Shown: in pieces, positions 38,213 to 49,207 of the stretch
Layout: the number at the start of each line of letters is the position of its first letter
How positions within the stretch are numbered: position 1 is the stretch's first letter
From: Gemmatimonadota bacterium
Lineage (GTDB): Bacteria > Latescibacterota > UBA2968 > UBA8231
Direction of reading: 5' to 3'
DNA length: 64,000 nt
NCBI GenBank assembly: GCA_038153405.1
Contig: JAYOYH010000003.1
Coordinates: 98,460-162,459 of the forward strand
The notes under the pieces: generated by a model
Database searches by the model: none
Told to the model about the DNA's origin: nothing
What the model saw: only the letters and a program-made list of their open reading frames with translations
Program-made: the position numbers and the translations under genes

Positions 38213-38397
38213 TCTTCAACTCTTCGTTGCATGCGTTTAGAATGCTCCATGGACCAGCAAAATACTGGTCCACCTCCCCCATGTCAACGAGGCGCATTTG
38301 CTCACCAATAATATCCTATCTATATTCTTTTGCTGGATGTTGCACAGATAAAACACGGCTCTTCACCGGAGCCTAAACACAGCTGAATCACCACCGC

Positions 38398-39513
38398 ATG
38401 AATCGCATTCTCGTCACCGGGGGCGCCGGATTTATCGGCTCCCATACCGTCGACCTACTGGTCCAAAAAGGCTATCGCGTTCGCATTATGGATGCGCTAC
38501 AAGAGCGCGTTCACCCTCACGGCTGGCCCAGTTACATACCCAATGGCGTCGAGCGCCTGCAGGGCGACGTGCGCCAGCGCGCCGATTGGGACAAGGCTCT
38601 CGAGGGCGTTGACGGCGTCATCCACCTGGCCGCCTACCAAGACTACATGACGGACTTCTCCACCTTCCACCACGTCAATACCGTCGGCGCGACGCTGCTC
38701 TATGAGCGCATCGTCGCCGATAAATTGCCGGTGCAAAAAGTAGTCCTCGCTTCTTCGCAGGCCACTTATGGAGAGGGCAAATATCGCTGTGGCGAACACG
38801 GCATCCAGTATCCCGATTCGCGCCCCGATACCCAGTTGGCCCAAGGCGATTGGGAGGTCCACTGCCCGCTCTGCCAGCGACCCATGACGCACGAGCAAAT
38901 AACCGAGGATCGGGTCCAACCCCATACGACCTACGGCATTTCGAAATACGCAGCCGAGTTGACTTCGTTCAGTTTAGGGCGCAAATACGATATTCCAACG
39001 GTCAATATGCGCTATTCCATTGTGCAGGGGCCGCGCAATTCCTTTTTCAACGCCTATTCGGGCATCTGCCGCATCTTCACGCTGCGCTTGCTCAACGACC
39101 AGCCCCCCATCTGTTACGAAGACGGCCAATCCCTGCGCGACTACGTCTACGTCGGCGATGTGGCCCGCGCCAACGTGCTCTGCCTCGAGGACGAGCGGGC
39201 CAATTTCCGCGCCTTTAACGTCGGCGGCCAGTGCGGAACGACCGTCCTCGACTACGCCCGCCTGGTCGCCCGTGTCACCGGCAGAGACATCGAGCCCCTG
39301 GTCAGCGGCGACTATCGCTTTGGCGACACGCGCCACACCGTATCCTCGTGGTCGGCGCTTGGGGCGCTTGACTGGCGACCGGAAACGGCGCTTGAAGATA
39401 TCGTAGCACACTATGTAGAATGGGTGAAGCAGCAGCCCGACTTGCGCGACTTCTATGCCGAGAGTGAGCGGAAAATGCGCGCAGCCAACGTCATCCGCAC
39501 CGCAGCCACGTGA
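38398..39513 (+). CDS. NAD-dependent nucleotide-sugar epimerase/dehydratase
   Basis: TGGAGFIG, HLAA, YGISK, RDYVYVGDVA; CxxH/CxxC insertion. Confidence 0.92.
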   Translation: MNRILVTGGAGFIGSHTVDLLVQKGYRVRIMDALQERVHPHGWPSYIPNGVERLQGDVRQRADWDKALEGVDGVIHLAAYQDYMTDFSTFHHVNTVGATLLYERIVADKLPVQKVVLASSQATYGEGKYRCGEHGIQYPDSRPDTQLAQGDWEVHCPLCQRPMTHEQITEDRVQPHTTYGISKYAAELTSFSLGRKYDIPTVNMRYSIVQGPRNSFFNAYSGICRIFTLRLLNDQPPICYEDGQSLRDYVYVGDVARANVLCLEDERANFRAFNVGGQCGTTVLDYARLVARVTGRDIEPLVSGDYRFGDTRHTVSSWSALGALDWRPETALEDIVAHYVEWVKQQPDLRDFYAESERKMRAANVIRTAAT

Positions 39514-40232
39514 AGGCGATGATCCTAGCCGCCGGCCGCGGAACGCGCCTGCGCCCCCTAACCGATACCGTGCCCAAGCCGATGATTCCCTTTGCCGGCA
39601 CGCCGCTGCTCGAACACATAATCAACCTGCTGGCCCAACACGGATTCTCGGAACTATTCATCAACCTGCACCACCTACCCGACGTCATCTGCAACTACTT
39701 CGGCGATGGAACGCAGTGGGGCGTTCACATAACCTATTCCATCGAGCGCGAGCTGCTCGGCACGGCCGGCGCCGTGCGCGCCCTAGCGCACCATTTTGAC
39801 GAGCCCTTCCTCGTTTACTACGGCGATAATTTGACCAACTTCGATCTGGGTGATCTGCACCTAGCGCATGCGCGTGAAGGCGAAATAGCCAGCATTGGAC
39901 TGCTGTGGATGGACGATCCGACGACCCGCGGCATCATCGGCTTGGATGCGCGTGGACGCATCGATCGCTTTGTGGAAAAACCGCGCATGGATCAGGTATT
40001 TGACGACTACCTGATTAACGCCGGAACCTACGTGCTGAATCCGGACATCATCGACTACATTCCCACCGAGCAGCCGAGCGACTTTAGCCACGATATCTTC
40101 CCCGCACTGCGCCGAGCGGGCGTGCCGCTGTACGGGCACCGCATGCGCGGTCAACTCCTTTCTACCGATACTTCCGACCGCTATCAACACGCCTGTCAAT
40201 GCGTAGCGTCGGGCGCCTTTTCCCTTCCTTGA
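39510..40232 (+). CDS. Sugar-1-phosphate nucleotidyltransferase (HddC/mannose-1-P guanylyltransferase-like)
   Basis: ILAAGRGTRLRPLT..PKPM, LGTAGA, FVEKP, NAGTY. Confidence 0.88.
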   Translation: MKAMILAAGRGTRLRPLTDTVPKPMIPFAGTPLLEHIINLLAQHGFSELFINLHHLPDVICNYFGDGTQWGVHITYSIERELLGTAGAVRALAHHFDEPFLVYYGDNLTNFDLGDLHLAHAREGEIASIGLLWMDDPTTRGIIGLDARGRIDRFVEKPRMDQVFDDYLINAGTYVLNPDIIDYIPTEQPSDFSHDIFPALRRAGVPLYGHRMRGQLLSTDTSDRYQHACQCVASGAFSLP

Positions 40233-40242
40233 GAGGTCCCAT

Positions 40243-41232
40243 TTGATCACGACGAGAGCGCCACTGCGCATACCTCTGGGCGGCGGTGGAACCGATCTGC
40301 CCTCATACTACATGGACCATGGCGGCTTTGTCCTGAGCGTCGGCATCGATAAATACGTCTACATCCACTTGAACGCGCTGAAGGTAGAAAATTTTATTCG
40401 CGTCAAATACTCCGAAACGGAGCGCGTCGACCATCCCAGCGCCATCACCCACCCTCTGCTGCGCGAGGCCCTATTACACACGCACGTCAACGGCGGCCTG
40501 GAGATTAGCGCCATGGCCGATATTCCTGGGCGCACCGGCATGGGGTCCTCCGGCTCCTTTACCGTCGCTCTGCTGGCTGCCATTCACGCCTACAAGCGCG
40601 AGCAGGTACCCATTCAGGAACTGGCCGAAGAGGCGCATTACGTAGAAGCTGGACGCGCCGCTCAGCCCGCCGGCAAGCACGACCACTACCTCGGTGCCTT
40701 TGGCGGAGTTACCTGCCTCGACATCGATCACTCTGGCAAGGTCGACGTCTCGTCGCTGAAGCTGTCCGAGCACGTTGAAGAGGAACTGCCCAACAGCCTG
40801 GTAGTATTCTTTACCGGCATCCAGCGCGAGAGCTTTGATATTCTATCCCAACAGAATAGAGACACGCAGGCCGGCGACAGCGCCGTCATCGACAGCCTGC
40901 ACGAGACCAAACGCATAGGCTTCGAAGTGCGCGATGCACTGGTCGAGGGCGACTTAGATCGCTTCGGACAATTGCTGCACGAACACTGGCTCAACAAAAA
41001 GAAGCGCTCGGTGCAGATGTCCAATTCGCAGATCGACCGCTGGTACCAAATTGGCATTGAAGCCGGTGCGCTGGGCGGCAAAATTCTCGGCGCCGGCGGC
41101 GGCGGATTCCTCATGTTTTACTGCCCCGCCGAGCACCGCTGGAACCTGCGCGAACGCATGGCCCAAGAGAACTTACACGAGATGCACTTTCGCTTTGATA
41201 TGGAAGGTGTCAAAGTGCTGATGAACGTCTGA
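40243..41232 (+). CDS. GHMP sugar kinase, HddA-like (heptose-7-phosphate kinase)
   Basis: APLRI.LGGGGTD, GMGSSG, GALGGKILGAGGGGF. Confidence 0.85.
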   Translation: MITTRAPLRIPLGGGGTDLPSYYMDHGGFVLSVGIDKYVYIHLNALKVENFIRVKYSETERVDHPSAITHPLLREALLHTHVNGGLEISAMADIPGRTGMGSSGSFTVALLAAIHAYKREQVPIQELAEEAHYVEAGRAAQPAGKHDHYLGAFGGVTCLDIDHSGKVDVSSLKLSEHVEEELPNSLVVFFTGIQRESFDILSQQNRDTQAGDSAVIDSLHETKRIGFEVRDALVEGDLDRFGQLLHEHWLNKKKRSVQMSNSQIDRWYQIGIEAGALGGKILGAGGGGFLMFYCPAEHRWNLRERMAQENLHEMHFRFDMEGVKVLMNV

Positions 41233-42071
41233 TGCAATCGCTGCAGCTAGGCCGGGTGAATGTCTCGCATATACAAGGAGGCTTCTTCCGCTTGGACGGC
41301 GGCACGATGTTTGGCGTGGTCCCCAAGGCACTGTGGGAACAGCGGGCAGCGGCCGATGCACAAAACCGCGTTCGCCTTGCTTGCAACTGCCTGCTGGTCC
41401 GCACTCCCGACGTCCTAGCCGTGGTCGACAGCGGATTTGGCACCCGCCTAGATGCCCGCGCCAGAGCGCTCTACGGCATCGAAGAGCATCCCACCCTACT
41501 CGACTCACTTGCCGCCGCCGGCGCAGGACCGGAAGACGTGGATTTGGTCGTTCTCACCCACCTGCACTTCGACCATTTGGCCGGCCTACTCATCGGGGAA
41601 GGCGCCGACCTCAAGGCGACATTTCCCCGCGCGACCCACTGCGTTCAGCGCGGTGAATGGCGCGATGCCATGGACGGTCGCAGCACGATGAAAAGCAGCT
41701 ACCGGCCCGAAGATTTACACGTGCTCGAATCCCAGGTTGCGCTCAATCTACTCTACGGCGACAGCGAGCTTACTCCACACTTGTCGACCTTTATAACGGG
41801 CGGCCATACGGAGTGGCATCAGGGCGTAGCCGTGACAGGCGACGGTCAGCGCTTGGTATACCCCGGCGATTTAATACCTACGCGCGCCCACTTGCGCACC
41901 TATTGGAACATGGCCTATGATATGTTCCCCCTGCAAACCATCGAGCGCAAAAACCAGCTCATCGCCGACGCAGTGCGCCACCAATGGGTAGTAGCCTGGG
42001 ACCACGATCCCGGCACGCCTTGGAGCCGCTTGGAAAAGCGCGATGATCACATCTCAGCGGTCACTCCCTGA
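41232..42071 (+). CDS. MBL-fold metallo-hydrolase (YtnP-like)
   Basis: LDGGTMFGVVPK, THLHFDH, GHT..HQ, GDL, AYD.FP, HDP. Confidence 0.88.
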   Translation: MQSLQLGRVNVSHIQGGFFRLDGGTMFGVVPKALWEQRAAADAQNRVRLACNCLLVRTPDVLAVVDSGFGTRLDARARALYGIEEHPTLLDSLAAAGAGPEDVDLVVLTHLHFDHLAGLLIGEGADLKATFPRATHCVQRGEWRDAMDGRSTMKSSYRPEDLHVLESQVALNLLYGDSELTPHLSTFITGGHTEWHQGVAVTGDGQRLVYPGDLIPTRAHLRTYWNMAYDMFPLQTIERKNQLIADAVRHQWVVAWDHDPGTPWSRLEKRDDHISAVTP

Positions 42072-42080
42072 AAGCCGTCC

Positions 42081-42947
42081 ATGAACAACACCCCAGTTCA
42101 TCTTCTCGACATGCCCTCCTATGAACCGCTGTCCGCCATTTTATGCTGCGATCAGTTCGATCGCGGACTCAATGGTTGGACCGGACTCATCGGCAATTAC
42201 GAGGACAGTCTCGACGCCATCCTGCCGGCCTATAGCGACCTGCGCCCTCCCATGCTCAGCAACGCCAGCACTTGGGACACCGGCACGGGCGGCGCCCTCT
42301 CGGGCACCTATGCAATGAAACTGGCGACGCGCCCGCAGCGCTCTTCATTGGCCGTCGCCGTCAAGCGCCTGACCTTTCGCCGCGCGACCCGCATCCGCCT
42401 GGAGACCTACTTCGCCTTTAAGCCTGAAGCGAGTGAACTGCGCCTGTCGGAAACGGATGTGCACTCGGTCGGCGTGCTCTTCGACCTGCAGGACGAGCGC
42501 GAGCGCGTCATGCCGCATCTGCAGTATTTGAATGCCGTGGACGGCCAGCACCAGGCGCGCTGGCAGTACAAGCGCCAATCCCCCACCTTTCACGCCATCG
42601 GCGGAACGGGCAAAACCGTTTCGCACTTTCACTTGGCCGAAGAAGGCTGGGAAGACGTGCCCAGTGGAGGACAATTGCTATGCTACAACGAAATCGCCAC
42701 CAAAAAAAACTGGCACTACCTGCGCGTCGGCGTCGATCTGGCGACGATGTCCTTTTGCGAATTTCAGTGCAACGATCGCCACTTCGATACGGACGCCATA
42801 GCCCCTATGAAAATGCCGGCCATGGCCAATCTTTGGTGCATGCTCAACGTCGTGCTCTTCGCCCGTGCCGGCAGCAGCAAGCGCGCGTTTCTCTATCTCG
42901 ACTCCGCGCTGCTATCTGCCGACATTATCCCAGATGAGGTTTCGTGA
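42081..42947 (+). CDS. Conserved hypothetical protein (DUF6772-like)
   Basis: Long ORF in an operon; GTYAMKLATRP, LCYNE..TK.NWHY. Family name from recall. Confidence 0.6.
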   Translation: MNNTPVHLLDMPSYEPLSAILCCDQFDRGLNGWTGLIGNYEDSLDAILPAYSDLRPPMLSNASTWDTGTGGALSGTYAMKLATRPQRSSLAVAVKRLTFRRATRIRLETYFAFKPEASELRLSETDVHSVGVLFDLQDERERVMPHLQYLNAVDGQHQARWQYKRQSPTFHAIGGTGKTVSHFHLAEEGWEDVPSGGQLLCYNEIATKKNWHYLRVGVDLATMSFCEFQCNDRHFDTDAIAPMKMPAMANLWCMLNVVLFARAGSSKRAFLYLDSALLSADIIPDEVS

Positions 42948-43276
42948 TGCGCGAAAGCCACTTGGCCGTCATCGAGCGCAACGTCGAATGGAGCGATTCC
43001 ATTGTCACCGAACCCTATGAGGTGGCCTGGGCAAGCGAAGCCATCTTTTTCGTGCGGATTCTCGACGCCCAGTGCACGTTGCCCACCGAACTCAGAGTCC
43101 AACTATCGCCTGACGGCATGCATTGGTGCGACGAGGGCAGCCTGCTCCACATAGATTGGAAGAGCGAGATCTACTTCGTTCGCGTTTCCCATTTTGGCGG
43201 ATGGCTACGCCTGACCGGCCAGATGACTCCGAACCAGCGCGCGCGCATCATCGCCTATTTACAGCTCAAGGAATAA
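42944..43276 (+). CDS. Conserved hypothetical small beta protein
   Basis: Overlapping start; TEPYEVAWASEAIFF, QLSPDGMHWCDEG, HFGGWLRL. Confidence 0.7.
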   Translation: MMRESHLAVIERNVEWSDSIVTEPYEVAWASEAIFFVRILDAQCTLPTELRVQLSPDGMHWCDEGSLLHIDWKSEIYFVRVSHFGGWLRLTGQMTPNQRARIIAYLQLKE

Positions 43277-43328
43277 CCTCGCACACAGCCGCACACAGCG
43301 GCCGATGCGTTCACCGATTGTGAGAATT

Positions 43329-43583
43329 ATGGCACTCGAAGTAATCGAAATAACGCCCAAGCATAAAGAGCTGCTCACCCGCCTGAGCGAACTCATACCC
43401 GATCTCGACCCCAATGGATCGACGAGCATGCAGCGCATCTTCGGCCTGGGCCTCATTGCGTTGACTATGCAGGTGACCAACCGCGCCCGCCAACAGCGCC
43501 AAGACGCGCTCGTTGAAGAGTTGGGCGCCCTCGCGCGCGAAATGGTCGAAGCCGAAGGCTGGGACCCCGCGCAGGAAGAATAG
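43329..43583 (+). CDS. Small hypothetical protein
   Basis: ATG at 43329; fills the gap between operon genes; helical composition. Confidence 0.55.
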   Translation: MALEVIEITPKHKELLTRLSELIPDLDPNGSTSMQRIFGLGLIALTMQVTNRARQQRQDALVEELGALAREMVEAEGWDPAQEE

Positions 43584-43590
43584 GAATACC

Positions 43591-44373
43591 ATGGAGATTC
43601 CCACAGATTCGACTACCCTATTTCGACTAGATGACCAGGTGGCCTTTGTCACCGGGGGCAGCAAGGGCCTTGGCGAAGCCATGGCGACAGCGCTTTCGGG
43701 GGCCGGTGCCCGCGTTGCCATTAGCAGTCGCCATCTCGAAGAGGCACGGGACGTAGCGCAGCGCATAAGCAGCAAAACCGGCGGCCAGGTCCTATCCGTG
43801 CGCGCAGACGTCAGCCAGCGCCAGCAGGTCGAAGACTCCGTGCAGCAAGTATCCGACGCACTGGGTCCCATCGACGTTTTGGTCAACAACGCCGGCATTA
43901 ATATCCGCTCGCCGATCGTCGATTTGCGCGACGAAGACTGGGAAGCGGTCATCGCCACCAACCTGAGCGGCCCTATGTATTACTGCCGCGCCGTCGGGCG
44001 CCACATGCTCGAACGTCGCTACGGCCGCATTATCAATCTCGGCTCGACGCTCTCGCATATCTCGATCGTCGATCGCACGCCCTATGCCTCCAGTAAGGGA
44101 GGCCTAGTCCAACTCACGCGCACGCTGGCCCTGGAATGGGCCGAATCTGGGATTACGGTCAATGCCATCTGCCCCGGGCCTTTTGCCACGCCGATCAACC
44201 AAGTGCTCCTAGAGGACCCGCGCAAAGCCGAGGAAATGCAGTCAAAGGTGCCGATGCGGCGCTGGGGCGATCCGGCCGAACTGGCTACGACGGTGCTCTA
44301 TTTTGCCTCGCGCGCCTCGAGCTTTACGACGGGGGCCGTGCTCTTAGTAGACGGCGGCTATACCAGCCAATAA
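43591..44373 (+). CDS. SDR-family oxidoreductase (KduD/gluconate dehydrogenase-like)
   Basis: ATG at 43591 after AGGA; TGGSKGLG, NNAG, YASSK, DGG. Confidence 0.9.
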   Translation: MEIPTDSTTLFRLDDQVAFVTGGSKGLGEAMATALSGAGARVAISSRHLEEARDVAQRISSKTGGQVLSVRADVSQRQQVEDSVQQVSDALGPIDVLVNNAGINIRSPIVDLRDEDWEAVIATNLSGPMYYCRAVGRHMLERRYGRIINLGSTLSHISIVDRTPYASSKGGLVQLTRTLALEWAESGITVNAICPGPFATPINQVLLEDPRKAEEMQSKVPMRRWGDPAELATTVLYFASRASSFTTGAVLLVDGGYTSQ

Positions 44374-44403
44374 AAAAGCGGACCGCACTTACGCGCCGTC
44401 CGC
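44372..44403 (-). terminator. Putative intrinsic terminator between convergent genes
   Basis: Minus strand GCGGAC...GTCCGC followed by TTTTTT. Confidence 0.55.
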
Positions 44404-44474
44404 ACTATACAACCACCAACTGTCCACCAGGTAGACCGCGTTGATACAGCGGCACCAGCAGCCTGCCGTCGATA

Positions 44475-46280
44475 CTACCCCGTGGAAACTTCCCAAACTC
44501 CCTGTTTGTTTTTCTCGACGTAGCGCTTCTTGCCCCCGCGCATCATCGGCACGAGGCGGTTGAGTTCCTTGTCCTGCTTGGCCAGCACGAACTGACCCTC
44601 TTTTTCTGGGTCGGGCATGATCTTGTAGGGCACCATGCGATCGCCAGCACCCGTGTGAATAATCACTCGGCCAAACTGCACTCCCATTTCGCGCTCCTCG
44701 GCGGTCAGGCGCGAATCGACCGTGCCCGCTTCGGCCTTTTCTACGGCCGCCTTGGCTTTGCGCGCAGCCTCCCGTTCGGCAGTGACCTTCTTTTCCGAAG
44801 CGGCGATAATTTCTTCGCTGCGCTCTTGGATTTCCGCCGTTTCCTCGGCCGTGATATCCGGATAGAGTTTCTCGAGGCGCGAGCGCAGAAACGTTTGCGC
44901 CTTTTCTCTCGCCTCGTCCACGTCCTCCGTCGAGCGAAAGAATTCGTCGACAATGAGATTGATCCGCAGCATGCGCATCTGCTTGCGGAACGGCGTCGCC
45001 TTGAAAACCGACGTTACCAGACCGATCAGGCTGAGCATAGCCGCCGCCAGTCGCACCCGCTCCTCGCGCTCGGGCGCATTGAGCCGAGCCATGACCTGTG
45101 CCTTGCTAAACTCGCGCAGTTCGGCGATAAAATTCTCCTCCACCAGCAGCTTCTCCACCCGGTCCTGGCCGCGTCGCACGATGTAGCTATAGGGCGGCAA
45201 GCGCACCGCGATCATGCGCACTTCGGCATCGCGCCGATCCATCATTTCAATAATTCGGTGCATGGTGTCGTATTCGCCAATCAATTCGTCTAGCATTTCG
45301 CGCCAGACAATTTGGCCGCCATCCGGCGCGTTGACCAATTCCTTGTGGCGAATGAGAAAGCCCAGAGCCAAATCGTAGCGCGGGTCAATGCGCTTCAGCG
45401 CTTCGAACACCTGCGCGTAAATCGCCACATAGTCCACTTCTTCGCGGATCTTTTTTTCGAGGCGATCGCGCGCCTGGCCGCTCAAGATGCTGTTGCGTAT
45501 TTTGCCGGCTTTTTCGCGCTCGATCTTGCCGCTGCGCACGCCGATATCGACCTGGTGCAGTTTGCGCAGGCGCTCGGCATCTTCGGCGCTGATATGCCCC
45601 TGCTCAATATGCGCATCCAGGTTCTTTACCAGTATTTGCATTTGCTGCGCACGCTGCGCGGCCAACCCCTTGCTCTGTTCGTCTTCGCGCTGATTTATCT
45701 CCTGCTCGTCGGGCTCGGCAGCCGGCCCTTCCAGCAGGCGATCCAAGCCAACTTCCTCCTTGGCCACCACCGACTTTTTTTGCGCGCTGATTTGAGCGAG
45801 TCGAGCAGCCGCGCGTTTTTTCTGCGGATCTTCCTTGCCCATTAAGGTGTTGGAGACCGCGCGCAGACAGTTTTTCTGATTTATCTCCTGAGGCGTCAAA
45901 CCGACGTTGGCCAGCACCGCGCGGACCTGATCCTGGCGGAGCAAATCGCGCAGTTCGCCCGAAGCGTGTTCCTGCACCTGACTTATATTCCAGCCCCGCT
46001 TGCGTATCATGCTCAACAGCGAGCGAATAACCCAATTCTCCACGCCGGGAACGGCAAAAGCCTGGGGGTTTTCCGCCAGCATCACTCGGGCCACCCGCTC
46101 CAAGTCGTCTATCGCTTCTTGCGTCGGCCCACTCCCCATCAGCGACTGATAGCCCTCAACCATTGCCTTGTGAAAATGAGCGAGGGAAATAAGCGGCTCC
46201 CCGGCCGTTAGACGGTCTGCAACAAACAGCGCGAGTTGGCTGCGCAACTCGGGGGTAAGCGAATCTGTATTCCGCTCCAT
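44475..46280 (-). CDS. Hypothetical helical/coiled-coil cytoplasmic protein
   Basis: 601-aa ORF, charged and helical, small beta-rich C-terminus; no recognised motif. Confidence 0.75.
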   Translation of the reverse strand: MERNTDSLTPELRSQLALFVADRLTAGEPLISLAHFHKAMVEGYQSLMGSGPTQEAIDDLERVARVMLAENPQAFAVPGVENWVIRSLLSMIRKRGWNISQVQEHASGELRDLLRQDQVRAVLANVGLTPQEINQKNCLRAVSNTLMGKEDPQKKRAAARLAQISAQKKSVVAKEEVGLDRLLEGPAAEPDEQEINQREDEQSKGLAAQRAQQMQILVKNLDAHIEQGHISAEDAERLRKLHQVDIGVRSGKIEREKAGKIRNSILSGQARDRLEKKIREEVDYVAIYAQVFEALKRIDPRYDLALGFLIRHKELVNAPDGGQIVWREMLDELIGEYDTMHRIIEMMDRRDAEVRMIAVRLPPYSYIVRRGQDRVEKLLVEENFIAELREFSKAQVMARLNAPEREERVRLAAAMLSLIGLVTSVFKATPFRKQMRMLRINLIVDEFFRSTEDVDEAREKAQTFLRSRLEKLYPDITAEETAEIQERSEEIIAASEKKVTAEREAARKAKAAVEKAEAGTVDSRLTAEEREMGVQFGRVIIHTGAGDRMVPYKIMPDPEKEGQFVLAKQDKELNRLVPMMRGGKKRYVEKNKQGVWEVSTG

Positions 46281-46741
46281 AGCTAAGGCTGAACCATTGT
46301 TATCGCTCCAATAACTTTCGCGAATTCGATTGCATGTACCTCATAGAATTGCACACGTTGCGCATGCAACAAAGCGCCCAAGAACGCCCCCCGAATTGAC
46401 CCCAATGGCCCATTTATTGTCCATATTTAAGATATGCAATACGCAGGCGAGCGCAAAGACGAATAAATGCGAATACGCTCCCTCGCCCCTCTCGTTCGCT
46501 GTGCATCTCACATTGCAATAGGTTCCTATCCGGCTTTTTTCTCATTATGAGAGTTTTTGCTTTTTATTTTCAAAAAGAGAAAATATATAATTCATTTAAA
46601 AACATTGTTTTATATTATTTTACCATGTCTCCTTGGATTGAATTTCTCATTTTTAGAATAAATACCCCCTGTGTCCGCTTCGAAAAATGCCCCATTAAAA
46701 TTATAACGTTTTTATTAACAGGTATTTAGCCACCTACCTTA

Positions 46742-46768
46742 CCCTATGGCACGAACCTTGCCATAGGG
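46742..46768 (+). promoter_or_regulatory. Sigma54 (-24/-12) promoter-like site inside a 10-bp inverted repeat upstream of groES
   Basis: TGGCACG-AACC-TTGC at 46747-46761; arms CCCTATGGCA / TGCCATAGGG. Confidence 0.65.
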
Positions 46769-46812
46769 ACACTTATACCTTTTCACTCAACCTTCTTTGG
46801 AGGTAGTTAAAA

Positions 46813-47109
46813 ATGGCTAAAATCAAAATCCGCCCTCTAGCCGACCGCGTCCTCGTCAAGCGCTTGGACGATGCCGAAGAGCAGAAAGTCGGTGGCATCA
46901 TCATTCCCGACACGGCTAAGGAAAAGCCGCAGGAAGCCGAAGTCGTCGCCATTGGCCCGGGTCGTCTCGAAGACGGCAATCGCGTCGCGCCCGAAGTGAA
47001 AGAAGGCGACAAAGTTCTCATTGGCAAGTATTCGGGCACCGAGGTCAAGGTAGACGGCGAAGACTACTTGATCATGCGCGAAGACGACATTCTCGCCGTC
47101 GTTGGCTAA
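46813..47109 (+). CDS. groES: Co-chaperonin GroES
   Basis: [42 protein letters not shown]. Confidence 0.98.
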   Translation: MAKIKIRPLADRVLVKRLDDAEEQKVGGIIIPDTAKEKPQEAEVVAIGPGRLEDGNRVAPEVKEGDKVLIGKYSGTEVKVDGEDYLIMREDDILAVVG

Positions 47110-47140
47110 TCGCTTAAAACAGATCAAGGAGATCCTATAA

Positions 47141-48763
<1,623 letters not shown>

Positions 48764-48787
48764 GTCTTCACTTCAGCAGGCCCTACG

Positions 48788-48827
48788 ACGAGGGCGGTCG
48801 GGTAGACCCCGGCCGCCCTCGTTTTTT
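48788..48827 (+). terminator. Intrinsic terminator of groESL
   Basis: ACGAGGGCGGTCGGG-tagac-CCCGGCCGCCCTCGT followed by a T-tract. Confidence 0.85.
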
Positions 48828-48840
48828 ATGCTGGTGCAGC

Positions 48841-49134
48841 CTAGATAATTTCCAGCAGCTGCACGCCGTAGCTATCGCCGACCACGACCAGCTTGCCGCG
48901 GGCAAAGAGCTTGCCGTTGACCAGCACGTTGACCGGGTCGGGCGCCGACTTGTCGGTGTGCAGCATGGATTGCTCGGCGAGTTCGGCCGCTTGCTCCACC
49001 GTTATTTCTGCACGCCCCCACTCGACCGTAATCCGCACTTCGACATCCCCCAGCCCGGAGAGCGATTTCAGAGCGGCTGAATCAGCCGCTGCATCGCTCT
49101 TTACAATCGGTAAATCACCCCGTCTTTTATCCAT
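48841..49134 (-). CDS. FliN/SpoA-domain protein (flagellar motor switch or T3SS-like)
   Basis: DVEVRITVEWGR...DPVNVLVNGKLFARGKLVVVGDSYGVQL; start probably ATG 49134. Confidence 0.8.
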   Translation of the reverse strand: MDKRRGDLPIVKSDAAADSAALKSLSGLGDVEVRITVEWGRAEITVEQAAELAEQSMLHTDKSAPDPVNVLVNGKLFARGKLVVVGDSYGVQLLEII

Positions 49135-49207
49135 ATAACCACCCTTGTCGGCGTATGTAGCAAAGCCTATTTTGTCCACAGTTCAAAACTAATTGCAGGA
49201 GAAAAGC

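Noticed and set aside
46520..46740. AT-rich tract as a small ORF (46547-46729), foreign DNA or oriC
   Set aside because: No RBS or coding bias, no DnaA-box cluster recognised; simplest reading is a divergent regulatory region.
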